Source: a symbiont of Argiope bruennichi
GTDB taxonomy: Bacteria; Bacillota_I; Bacilli_A; Mycoplasmatales; SG1
Reading direction: 5' to 3'
Length of the DNA stretch: 24,000 nt
Assembly (NCBI RefSeq): GCF_051094275.1
Contig: NZ_CP070274.1
Location: 260,629 to 284,628, forward strand
Shown: positions 1 through 10,294 of the stretch, in pieces
Position numbering within the stretch: position 1 is the stretch's first letter
How the letters are laid out: each line of letters opens with the position of its first letter
Made by a program: the position numbers and the translations under genes
Notes under the pieces: model-generated
Seen by the model: the letters and a program-made list of their open reading frames with translations, nothing else
Databases searched by the model: none
Told to the model about the DNA's origin: nothing

Positions 1-2
1 AT

Positions 3-1736
3 TATTTTTTAATTTTAAATCATTCTTGCGCCCATATTTTAGCATCTGCAGTCAAAAATTTATATAAAAATGTTTCGCTTTGAATTGGTCCCTCTTCAAA
101 TGAAGGATTTTTCTATGACTTTTATTTTGAAAAAGAGGAAGAAATTAACCTTTCAAAAATTTCTTCTGAAATGAAAAAAATTATTAAAAGTAATTTATTT
201 TTCAAAAAAGAAGTTATTGATTTAAAAAGCGCCAAAGAAATTTTTAAAAATGATCCTTTAAAAGAAATCATATTATCAAGAATAAAAGATTCGGTTCTTT
301 CTTATTATCAAATTGGTTCATTTATTGATTTATGTAGAGGACCTCACGTAAAGAGTACTCTTGATTGCAAAAATTTTGCACTTTTAAATTCCAAAAAAAT
401 TAATTTAGAAATCTACAATAAAATTTATCAAATTATTAGAATATCTGGGATTTGTTTTCATCTGAAAGATGATTTAGAAAAATATTTGAAGGAACTAGAA
501 AATCAAAAAAAATATGATCATAGAGAAATAAATAAAATTCAAAATTTATTTTTTTTCGATGAGAAATCAGGGCAAGGATTACCATTTTTTTTACCAAACG
601 GAAGTTTGATTTTTAAAAAAATTGCTAACTTAATTTATGCATTAGAAGCTGAATTTGGTTATCAAAGAGTAATGACACCCTTACTTGGTTCCATTGATCT
701 TTATCAAAAAAGTGGTCACTATGAACATTACAAGGAAAATATTTTTCCAGAAATTAACTTTGAAAATGAAAAACTAATCTTAAGACCGATGGCATGTCCA
801 CACCACTGCCTTGTTTTTCAAAAATTAATTCAAAGTTATCGGCAACTTCCCTTAAGGTTATCTGAAGAAGTGGTTCAGTTTCGATATGAATATAGTGGGG
901 GTTTATCAGGTCTTGAGCGAGTGCGAATGATGCATTTAACTGATGCACATATCTTTGTTTCTGAAAAAAATCTTTTCCAAGAACTAAAAAAAGTTTTTTC
1001 TTTTATTCAAAAAACTTTAAATCTTTTAAAGATTGAAAAAGTTTTTTTTGTCTTAGCTACTAATGATCCAAACGACAAAAAAAATTTTTTAGCAAATCGT
1101 GCAATTTGAAAAAAAGCTACAAATAAACTAAAAAAAGTTTTAATTTCAAATAAGATTGAGTTTGAAGAAAAAATTGGTGAAGCAGCTTTTTATGGCCCTA
1201 AAATTGATATTGAAGTAAAAACCTCGTTGAACAAAAAAATTACTCTTTCAACGCTACAATTAGACTATTTTTTACCAAAAAAATTTGATTTATTTTTTAC
1301 AAATGAAAAAAATGAAAAAGAAATACCGGTTCTAATTCACAGAGGGGTTATTGGAACTTATGAAAGATTTTTAGCCATTATTATTGAAAATAATCAAGGG
1401 AACATTCCATTTTTTCTTTCCCCTTTTCAAGTAAATATTATTCCGATAAATGAAAAATATCTTTCATTTTGTAAATTAATTCAAAAAAAATTACAAAAAA
1501 ATAATTTTTCAGGAACAATTGATGATTCTGATAAATCTTTTAATTTTAAAATTAGAAATAGTCAAAAAATGAAATACTGATACACAATCATTATTGGTGA
1601 ACAAGAGTTTCGTTCCAACACAATTACTTTTAGAAAATATCAAAATAAAAATTCAGAAACAACAACCCTGAATAATTTTCTTAAAGAGTTAAAAAATAAA
1701 ATAAATTTTTTAAAAAAATATTGAAATATAATATAA
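3..1736 (+). CDS. thrS: threonyl-tRNA synthetase (5' end lies upstream of the window)
   Basis: Frame 3 is open from the window edge. With TGA=Trp, track ORFs 171-1109 and 1227-1580 fuse and run to TAA at 1734-1736. The translation carries ThrRS hallmarks: HSCAHILA..IGPSSNEGFFYDF, DLCRGPHV, RPMACPHHCLVF (Zn-site region), FRYEYSGGLSGLERVR, FYGPKIDI, HRGVIGTYERF. Confidence 0.93.
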
Positions 1737-1772
1737 TTTTAAAGTTATGATGCAAATATACACAATAAATTA

Positions 1773-2300
1773 ATGGCTAAGAAAAAAAGTCAAAAAGAAA
1801 CTAAAAAATCTTATTTTTTAAATGAAAAAATTCCTTTTACTGAAGTTTTAGTAATTGATGAAAATAATCAAATGCTTGGAAGTATGTCAAAAAAAGCTGC
1901 CATCGAAGTAGCTTTTAACAAAAATTTAGATTTACTTTTTGTTTCAAAAACTCAAGATGGGGCAGTTTGTAAAATTTTAGATTTTGGGAAATGAAATTAC
2001 AAAAAGCAAAAACAAACTAAAAAAGTTGCTCAAACCAAATCTAAAGAAATTAGAGTCAGAATCAATATTTCAGATCATGATTTACAAGTAAAAGCAAATA
2101 ATGCCATTCGTTTTTTCAAACACAAAGATAAAGTTCATTTAAAAATTAGATTTCGTGGTCGTCAAATTTTGCATAAAGATTTGGGTTATGAAATTGTCGA
2201 TAAATTTTATGAAATGATTAAAGAATATGCAGAATATGAAACAAAACCAGCTCTTACAAATACTTTGTTAGATGTTTTGTTTAAGCCAATTAATAAATAA
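1773..2300 (+). CDS. infC: translation initiation factor IF-3
   Basis: ATG at 1773, TAA at 2298-2300, one in-frame TGA at 1992-1994. N-domain LNEKIPFTEVLVIDENNQMLG and C-domain KEIRVRINISDHDLQVK..FRGRQILH. Sits in the conserved thrS-infC-rpmI-rplT position. Confidence 0.9.
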
Positions 2301-2311
2301 GGGTCGTAATT

Positions 2312-2506
2312 ATGAAAATTAAAACCAGAAAATCAATTGCAAAAAGATTTAAAAAGTCTAAAAACGGCAAAATAGTTCGTCATTATGCCTTTACAAGTCA
2401 CTTAAAATCAAAAAAAACCGGCAATAAAAAACGTAGAATGAGAAAAGGAGTATTAATTTCTAAATCAGATTACAAAAGACTTAAAAGAGTTTTTAATCTG
2501 ATTTAG
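2312..2506 (+). CDS. rpmI: 50S ribosomal protein L35
   Basis: 64-aa highly basic ORF, MKIKTRKSIAKRFKKSKNGKIVRH.., which is L35-like. Located between infC and rplT. Confidence 0.92.
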   Translation: MKIKTRKSIAKRFKKSKNGKIVRHYAFTSHLKSKKTGNKKRRMRKGVLISKSDYKRLKRVFNLI

Positions 2507-2515
2507 ATAAAAATT

Positions 2516-2881
2516 ATGAGAAATTGTCCAAATACTGCAAGAAAAAGACGAAAAAAATTTTTAAAACTTGCAAAATCTTACTTTGGTTCAAAACATCGTC
2601 TCTTTAAATCAGCCAAAGAACAAGTAATGAATTCCTTATCTTATGCATACAGGGATCGAAAAAAAAAGAAAACTCAATTTCGTCAAATTTGAATTACAAG
2701 AATCAGTGCCTCTTTAAAAGATTCTGACTTGAACTATGCAAATTATATTAATGCCCTTAAAAAAGCAAATATTAACTTAAATCGTAAAATGCTTTCAGAA
2801 ATTGCCATTAATAATCCAGAACTTCACACATCTTTAGTAAACGTTGCCAAAGAGCAATTAAAAATAAATGCAAACAAATAA
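2516..2881 (+). CDS. rplT: 50S ribosomal protein L20
   Basis: ATG at 2516, TAA at 2879-2881, one in-frame [52 protein letters not shown] matches the L20 pattern. Absent from the ORF track because the TGA splits it. Confidence 0.9.
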
Positions 2882-3389
2882 ATTTGATTTTTTATTAGAT
2901 ATTTTTAAAAAACAATCAGAGTTAGATAAATTTATTTTAGAAAATACAAAAGATAAAATTAAAAATCTTTTAGAAAAAAAAATTTTATCTTTTACTGTTG
3001 AAGTTGCAGAACTTTGCAATGAAACGCGCTGTTTTAAATATTGATCAAAAAAATCGCCATCTTCTAAAGAAATTTTGTTAGATGAGTATGCAGATGGGCT
3101 TCATTTTCTTGTAAGTATTGGAATTGCTTTAGGTTTAACAAAAATTATTCCTCAACCCTTAGAAGACTTTGAAAAATGTGAACTATTTGAATTATTTAAC
3201 CACATATTTTTGGCTTCTTCAATTTTTCTTTTACATGCAAATAGCGAACACGGCAACGGATACTATCAAAATTTATTTAATTTTTATTATTTTTTAGGGC
3301 AAAAATTAAATTTTTCCGATCATGAAATCCACAATGCTTATTGTAAAAAAAATCAAATAAATTACGAGCGACAAAAAAATAATTATTAG
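2868..3389 (+). CDS. all-alpha NTP pyrophosphohydrolase, dimeric-dUTPase-like
   Basis: ATG at 2868 overlaps the rplT 3' end by 14 nt. Joins track ORF 3075-3389 through one TGA codon (..CFKYW..). Contains E-x2-E (EVAE), about 24 residues, then E-x2-D (EYAD) followed by GLHF. This is the MazG/dimeric-dUTPase metal-binding arrangement. The family call was made by eye only. Confidence 0.55.
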
Positions 3390-3398
3390 AAAGTTTTT

Positions 3399-4484
3399 AT
3401 GGAACATTTATATCAATTAGTTAAATTATACGGAGAAGCTTTTGGTCCTTCAGGATATGAAAAATTTGTGATTCAATTATTTCACGAAAGACACAAAAAG
3501 TATCCTTTTGATTTTTCAAGAGATCATTTAGGTTCTTTAATTTTAAAATCTAAAGATTATGATTTATCGAAAAAAACCATTCTTTTTACTGCCCATAGCG
3601 ATGAAATTGGTTTTATAATTTCAGAAATCACAAAAAACGGTCTTATAAAATTTGGTCCACTTGGTGGTTGATGAAGTCATGTCCTACCAGGCAAACAAGT
3701 AAAAATTTATGCAAGAAATGTTGATAAATTTTTTATTGGTATTATTGGCTCAAAACCAATTCATTTGTTATCAATTGAAGAAAGACAAAAACTACAACCA
3801 TTAAAATCAATGTTTATTGATATTGGGTGCAAAACCAAAGAACAAGTGTTATCATTAGGGATTTCAATTGGCGATCCAATTACAAAACATTACCAATCTT
3901 TTTTAATGGAAAACAATCTTGTTTGTACAAAGTCAATTGATAATCGCGTTGGAGTTGCAATTTTAGAAGAAGTTATTAAAAATACTCATAACTTAACTTC
4001 TGATTTTAATTTTGTTTACTCTTTATCTGTTCAAGAAGAAGTGGGGTTAAGGGGTGCAAAAACAATGACAAATGCGATTAAACCAGACATTGCGATTGTG
4101 ATTGATACTACTGCTACCGATGACACATCAGTTTTGAACTCAAACAACGACACCCAACTTGATAAAGGTGTGACAATTTCTATTATGGATAGTTATTTTA
4201 TTGCAAATCCAAGACTTGTTCATTACTTTATAAATCTTGCAAAAAAACACAATATTCCCTACAATATTGATCCTTCAGTATCTGGAGGAACTGATGCTGG
4301 TTCAATTCACTTAAAAAATCAAGGGATATTTACTATTTCCTTACATATTCCATCTAGATATTTACACACCCACAACGAAGTTTGTAGTTTACATGATGTA
4401 AAATCAATGATTGATTTAATAACAAAATTTGCTCAAGAATTTAAAAATGCAGATTTTGAAGACTTAAAAAATATTTGAGTATAA
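3399..4484 (+). CDS. M42-family metallo-aminopeptidase (glutamyl aminopeptidase / YsdC-FrvX type)
   Basis: Track ORFs 3399-3671 and 3765-4478 are in the same frame and are joined by two consecutive TGA codons (GPLGGWWSHV). Ends ..KNIWV then TAA at 4482-4484. Family-typical segments: FGPSGYE, TAHSDEIGF, SIDNRVG, VQEEVGLRGA, IVIDTT, GGTDAG. Confidence 0.8.
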
Positions 4485-4513
4485 AAAAAAAGCACCTTTT
4501 TGGGTGCTTTTTT
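4484..4513. terminator. bidirectional Rho-independent terminator between convergent genes
   Basis: A-run, then AGCACC (4491-4496), loop TTTTTG, then GGTGCT (4503-4508), then a T-run. The A/T flanks extend the stem and give a U-tract on both strands. Lies between the peptidase stop (4484) and the minus-strand gene stop (4549). Confidence 0.6.
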
Positions 4514-4548
4514 AAATTTATTTTATTAAATTTTTTTTCTTGAAAATA

Positions 4549-4899
4549 TTATGATACTTTGTCTTTATTTTCTATATCTTTATTTTCTATATCTTTATTT
4601 TCTATATCTTTATTTTCCAGCTCACTAATTTTTGATTGTAAACTTTTTACAATTTCATCGCCTTGTTCTCGCATTTCTTTTTTAGTTTTTTCGCTTTTTG
4701 CATTAATGTAGAATAGAAGACAAATAACTATAAGGATAATTCCTAAAAGATTAAAAAATGCTAAAACAATTCCAGATACCTTACCTTGTTTTGATCACCT
4801 AACAGCATAAATACCAGAAAAAATTGATCAAATAATAAGAATAAGTAAAAATACAACAATAAAAATTGTCACTCCTGAAGAGAAACTATCTGAATTCAT
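4549..4899 (-). CDS. small hypothetical membrane protein (116 aa, two predicted TM helices, C-terminal ENKDI repeats)
   Basis: Missing from the ORF track because it contains two TGA (Trp) codons. ATG is the complement of 4897-4899, preceded by AGAAAGGA. TAA is the complement of 4549-4551. I checked the frame codon by codon (351 nt). Translation: MNSDSFSSGVTIFIVVFLLILIIWSIFSGIYAVRWSKQGKVSGIVLAFFNLLGIILIVICLLFYINAKSEKTKKEMREQGDEIVKSLQSKISELENKDIENKDIENKDIENKDKVS. Confidence 0.6.
4564..4617. repeat. 15-bp perfect tandem repeat, about 3.6 copies (TTTATTTTCTATATC)
   Basis: Perfect copies at 4564-4578, 4579-4593 and 4594-4608, plus a partial copy at 4609-4617. In frame on the minus strand, encoding (ENKDI)n at the C-terminus of the small membrane protein. 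Confidence 0.95.
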
Positions 4900-4930
4900 A
4901 AAATATTGTCCTTTCTAAAAACACTATATA

Positions 4931-4936
4931 ATTATA
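4931..4936 (-). promoter_or_regulatory. candidate -10 box (TATAAT on minus strand) for the small membrane protein gene
   Basis: The reverse complement of 4931-4936 is TATAAT, about 32 nt upstream of the ATG at 4899. No convincing -35 element. TATAAT-like strings are frequent in AT-rich DNA. Confidence 0.3.
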
Positions 4937-5283
4937 ACCAAAATATAATTTTAACCAAAACCAAAACACTTTATAATTTTAAAAATTTTTAAAATTAAGA
5001 CAAAATTTAAAATTAAAATCATTAACAATAAAAAATTATTCCTTGGCAGGTATTTTTAAAGTTGTTTTTATGTATGATATTTTGATTTATTTTTTTGGTA
5101 TTTTGAATTAGACCTATAAACTATGATATTTAAAAAAGACCAGGGTAAGAATTTAATTAGATGATCACTCAGATAATTTTTTAACTCTCAAACACCTTAA
5201 TGATTAGATTCCTAATTTTGATAATAACTAATTTTTATGAAACATTTTAAGATAAATTTTTTATAATTTAAAATATTTAAAAA

Positions 5284-6843
5284 ATGAAAAAAAATTTATT
5301 TTATTATTACAACTTAGAAAATATTAGAAAAGCAATCTTTTTTTTGGCTTTACCGGCAATTTTTTCATTGTTTTTACTAATGTCATATAACTTTTTTAAC
5401 TCTTATTTTATTGTTCATAATGTAAGTAAAAAAAAGGCAGTTTTTGTAGAAAGTGGTCTTAATTTTTCCAATCTTGTATACGTTATTATGCTTGGTTTTT
5501 CAATGCTGATTGGAGTTGGTGTTACAACCACTTTAAGTCGATATTTTGCTAAAAGTGATAAAAATCTTCCATCAAATTATATTTCAAGCATTGTTTACTT
5601 TATTTTTTTCTATACAATAATTATTACTTTAATTTTATATTTTCTTGTTCCGCAACTGGCAAAAATTCAAAACATTAATGCAATTAGTGGCAGAGAAAAT
5701 GTTACAGAAAATGTTTCTACATATTTTTCTAGAACGCAAATTTTTGGACTTTTTTTCTTTAATTTTTCAATTATTTTAAATTTTGTGATTCGAAGTGAAA
5801 ATAAAATTTTACAACCAATTGCTTTATCAATTATTATTTGTGCCATTAATGTTTTTCTATTATGAGTATTTTTACCATTAGTAAAAGATAAAAATTTTTT
5901 TAATATTTACTCACCAGATCCAGAAAATCAAAAAATTTATTTATGTGTTATTTGAGCTGCGATTTGCAATATAATTTCTTGAATTTGTGGTGTTTTACTG
6001 TATGTTACGACCATTTATTACAATCGAATCAAAAAATTTTCTTATTTAAATTTTTTCAATAAAGTTCCTCTTAAAGATTTTTTTTACTTTCAAAAAATTA
6101 CCATGCAATATGGACTTACTTCTTTTGGAAGAAATATGGGTAATGCAGCAATTATTTTTTTAACTAATTTTTGTTTAAGAAAATGGGGGACAGTGCCTTA
6201 TGGTTCAATTGTCGATCTTCAAGGCCATAAAAGCGATCTTATTTTGCCTTCTACCTACTGGCAAAGCGTTTACGCTGTGATTTCAGTTTTAATTGTTGTT
6301 ACTTCGACACCAATTTTTGGTACGATGCAGGCGACTAGAAATTATATTTTATACAATTGAACCAAAAAAAAACATCAAGTTTGTAAAAGCGCCATTAATA
6401 AAGCAACCATTTTTATCTTTTCATATTACTTGTTAATTTTTCTTTTTTTTGCTGCATTTGGATTTAAAATAGGATTGCTTTGACACTTACAAAATGGAAA
6501 TATTCAGACAACACAAGGACATCAAGTAAAATTTCCTTTTATTCAAACACACTTTTATCACGCTCTATTAATTACTTTTTCTTGTACATTTTTGTATACT
6601 TTTACCTTAATATCAATGCCTTTTTACTTAACGATTAAAAAAATTTATTTATCAATTTTTGTTGGTTGATTTAGATCAGTTCTTTTAGAACTTCCCTTAA
6701 TTATTTTGATTTCATTAATTTCTTGACACTATCAAAATATTTGGATTATTTGAAGTTCTTACCCATTGATGGACATAATTGCAGCCCTTTTAATCATCCC
6801 TTTATATATTTACAATTATCGAAAGTATTTATTAAAGGTTTAA
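5284..6843 (+). CDS. MATE/MOP-superfamily-like polytopic membrane transporter
   Basis: Track ORFs 5284-5865 and 6103-6360 share frame 1 and fuse through multiple TGA codons. The ORF runs to TAA at 6841-6843 (519 aa). It is hydrophobic with about 12 segments, and the N-terminus LALPAIFSLFLLMSYNFFNSYFI resembles the MATE N-terminal motif. Family call made by eye. Confidence 0.6.
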
Positions 6844-6896
6844 TTTCTTGGCAAAAAAATCATAAAAGTTATTAAAATAAAATATTAAAATTAAAA

Positions 6897-7940
6897 ATGG
6901 CCAACAATCTTTTAAAAGAACTAAAAATATTTGCCCTAGAACAAAAAATTTTGCAAGATATTTTAGATTTTTTTTCAGAATTTGAAAAAAAAATTAAAAA
7001 AATTGACAATTTAACTTTTTTAATGGAATTTGAAAGAAATTTTTTTTCTTTTTTAAAAAAAATTAATTTAGATAATAAAAAAGTTACCGCTTTTTTAAAA
7101 AAATATTTTTTTTCCTTAATTTCTGAAAAAAAATTAGCAATTTCAAAAAAAAATCTTTTAGACTTAGATCTTTTAATTAAAAATAAGATTAAAGATCCTT
7201 ATTTTTTTAATTTATTCAAAAATCGAGGAATGTTGCATATTTTTACCACAGAATTAGAACATATTTTTCATTTTTTTCATCAGTTCAACTTTGAATTTTT
7301 ACAAGGATATGAAATTGATGATAAAAAATATAATTTTACCTACTTAAATGTCCCAGATTATCATCCTTCAACCCTATCAAACGACACTTTTTACTTAAAC
7401 AACCAGTATCTTTTAAGAAGTCATTGCACCAATTTGTCTTTTAGAGCTTTAAAAGAAAAAAAAAACAAAAAAGCAGAGCATAAAATTTTTTCATTCGGAA
7501 AAGTTTATCGAAATGATAAAAATGATTTAACCCATTCCCATCAATTTTTTCAAATCGATGTTTGTTGGGGTGCAAAAGACATTAGTGTTGGGACTTTAAA
7601 ATGATTTTTAACAAAATTTTTAAAATATTATTTTGAAAATGAAAATTTAGAAATTAAATTTCGCTCATCATATTTTCCTTTTACAGAACCAAGTTTTGAA
7701 GTTGATCTTTTATGTTTTAATTGCCAAGGAAAGGGTTGCAATGTTTGCAATAATTCTGGTTATATCGAACTTTTAGGTTCAGGTATTTTTGCAGATAACG
7801 TCTTAAAATATGCTAAATTTAACCCTAAAAACTATTATATTTTAGCATTCGGGATCGGGCTCGAAAGACTTATTATGGTAAAATATGGTATTAAAAATAT
7901 TCATCAATTTTATTATGACTATCAAAAAAGAATTCATTAA
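6897..7940 (+). CDS. pheS: phenylalanyl-tRNA synthetase alpha subunit
   Basis: ATG at 6897, one TGA at 7602-7604, TAA at 7938-7940. Motifs: HPSTLSNDTFY, LRSHCT, FGKVYRNDKNDLTHSHQFFQID, YFPFTEPSFEVD, CQGKGCNVCNNSGYIELLGSG, AFGIGLERLIM. Confidence 0.93.
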
Positions 7941-7942
7941 AA

Positions 7943-10294
7943 ATGAAAGTATCAAGAAATATTTTAGCAAAATTTTGCCCAGAAATTAGAAACATTTCAA
8001 AAGAGAAGTTAATCGACTGTCTTTTAAATTTGGGTTATGAAGTTGAAAGTGCTTTTGATTTTTTAGCATTAAATCAAAAACTTTACACAGGAAAAATTTT
8101 AAAAATTTCAAAACTTAAAGGGTATGACAAATTAAATTTACTAGAAGTAGATCTTTCTTTTAAAAAAATTAACATTGTAACCTCATATCAAAAATTAAAG
8201 ATTGAAGATATCGTTGTCTGTGTCTTGGGTTCTGGACAAACCAACAACAAAATTATTAAAAATCAGCAGTTCAAGGAAGTTTTATCTGAAGGAATGCTAT
8301 GTTCCTTTAAAGAAATTGGCTTAGAAAATTTTTTATCAGATGTCATTGTTCTTTCAAATTATTTTTCTTCAAACACAATTAAAATTGGTGATAGTAATCC
8401 GTTAAAATATTTAGAGTTAGATGATATTATTTTTGATTTACAATTTCCTTCAATTTGCAATTATAATAAAGGAATTTATTTTATTGCTTTAGAAATTGCC
8501 GCATTTTTTGATTTAGAATTTAATTTTTTTAAAACAAGAAACTACTTTGTACACCAAAATAAACAAGTTCCAGACCTTAAAATTACTTGCAAAACTGAAT
8601 ATTTAAAATATTTTAATTTAGTGCAATTTTCTTTGAAAAAAGTTAAAAATGATGACATTTTTTTAACTTTAAATTTAGTAAAAAGTGACTTTGAAGTAAG
8701 CAACTTTTTAAATAATTTAGCAAAATATACGATGCTTATCACAGGAATTTCAACAAACATTTTTGCTTTATCTGAAATTAGTGATTTTTTAATCATTGAT
8801 GAAATTAAGAAAGAAACTCCCTTAAAAATTTCAAATAAAGAAATAATCTTTAAAAATGTTCCAGCAATTTTTAGTAATCAAAAAATTATTTCTCTTGGAG
8901 GAATTTCAAAAGTTAATGAAAATGAAGCTCAATTTCTACAAAATAATACTTTTTACTTTGAAACTTCATTGTGGAATGATAAACTTTTTTGTAAAAATTT
9001 TTCTCAAAATAATTTCACAAATTTTGAGTTATTAATAAATTTAAAAGAAATTAGTCCCTTAAAACTACCTTTTGCTTTAAATTATTTTGTTTTTCTACTA
9101 GAACATTATTTTGACGATTTTTTAATTTTTAAGAAAAAAACCATTAATAAATTAACTTCAATTGCCCCAAATTCAATTAAAGTTAATATTAAAAAATTAG
9201 AATATTTTGTTTCTTTTAAAATTGATCTTAATTTACTTAAAAAAAAATTTGAAAAACTAGGTTATAAAATTCGTTTTGATAACCATAACATTTACGTACA
9301 ACAACCTAGATACAGAACCGAAAAATTTTATTTTAATTCTTTTGCCAAAGATATCATTCGTTTTTTTCCCTTCAACAAAGTAAAAGAAGTAGCCAAAGTT
9401 TCTGTCAATAAAATTTCAAACGACTATGAATTTTTTTCAAAATTAAATATCAAATATTTTCTTTTAAATGAAAATTTTTTTGAAGATTTTTCTTATTCTT
9501 TGGTTTCTAAAAATTATTTAAATTTTCCTTCAATTTACAAATTTTTTGAAGTTAAAAACTTTAATTCATCATCTTTTCAGTATTATAGAAACAATATTTA
9601 CAGTTCTTTATTCTATAAAAATTTACCTCAAATTAAGTCACAAAGTGAGTGTAAGCTCTTTGAAAATGGTTTTTTATTTAGTTCGCTTAAAAAATTTAGA
9701 GATATTTTTTCTTTTGTTGTCTCTAAATCAATTCAAGAAAATTTTGATTTTTTTTCATATTTCCAAAAAATTCTCGAAAAATTTTTTACAAATCAACATG
9801 TTTGTTTTTCTAAAATTAAATTTGTTTATGTGAATAAAAAAAATAATTTTTTAAATTTTTATTGAAAAATTTATTTTGAATCAAGATTAATTGGCTTGTT
9901 CGGTGTCTTTTCACAAATTTTTTTACAAAAAAATAATATTAAAAACAAAGAAATTTGATTTTTAGAGATAGATTATTTTTTTACCAACAAAAAACTTTTA
10001 AAAACTTATCAATTTAAAAATAATTTTCCAATATCTTCATTTGATATGACAAAATCACTTTTAAAAAGTGAAGATACTTTTGCTTTATTTTTACAAATTA
10101 AAGAAAAAATTAAAACTTATTTTTTAAAAGAAAATATTTATTTTATTCAATTAATTCCACTAGATGTCTTTGAAAAAAATGAATTTAAAAATTTTTCTTT
10201 TAAAATATTATTTCAACCAATTAAAGAAAATTTTTCTTCAAATAGGTTAAAAACAATTGAAAAAACGATTGAAAGTATTTTAAATGAAAGATAA
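7943..10294 (+). CDS. pheT: phenylalanyl-tRNA synthetase beta subunit
   Basis: ATG is 2 nt after the pheS stop. Track ORFs 7943-9865 and 10046-10294 share frame 2 and join through TGA codons (783 aa). N-terminal tRNA-binding OB-like segment (LYTGKILKISKLKGYDKLNLLEVDL). Canonical pheS-pheT pairing. Confidence 0.88.

Noticed and set aside
754-948. Minus-strand 64-aa ORF inside thrS.
   Set aside because: Antisense to a conserved ThrRS catalytic segment, with no start context or features.
4557-4620. Short repeats as a possible CRISPR array.
   Set aside because: The units are 15 bp and directly tandem with no spacers. They are in frame within a CDS, and there are no cas genes.
7456-7465. A10 homopolymer inside pheS as a phase-variation switch. 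Similar A/T runs occur elsewhere.
   Set aside because: It lies in an essential aaRS gene, where frameshifting would be lethal. Runs like this are a compositional by-product of Lys (AAA) codons in an AT-rich genome.
8542-9833. ORFs 8542-8796 (-) and 9546-9833 (+, alternate frame) inside pheT.
   Set aside because: Both are embedded in the pheT reading frame. They have low-complexity Lys/Phe/Leu composition, typical of off-frame AT-rich sequence.
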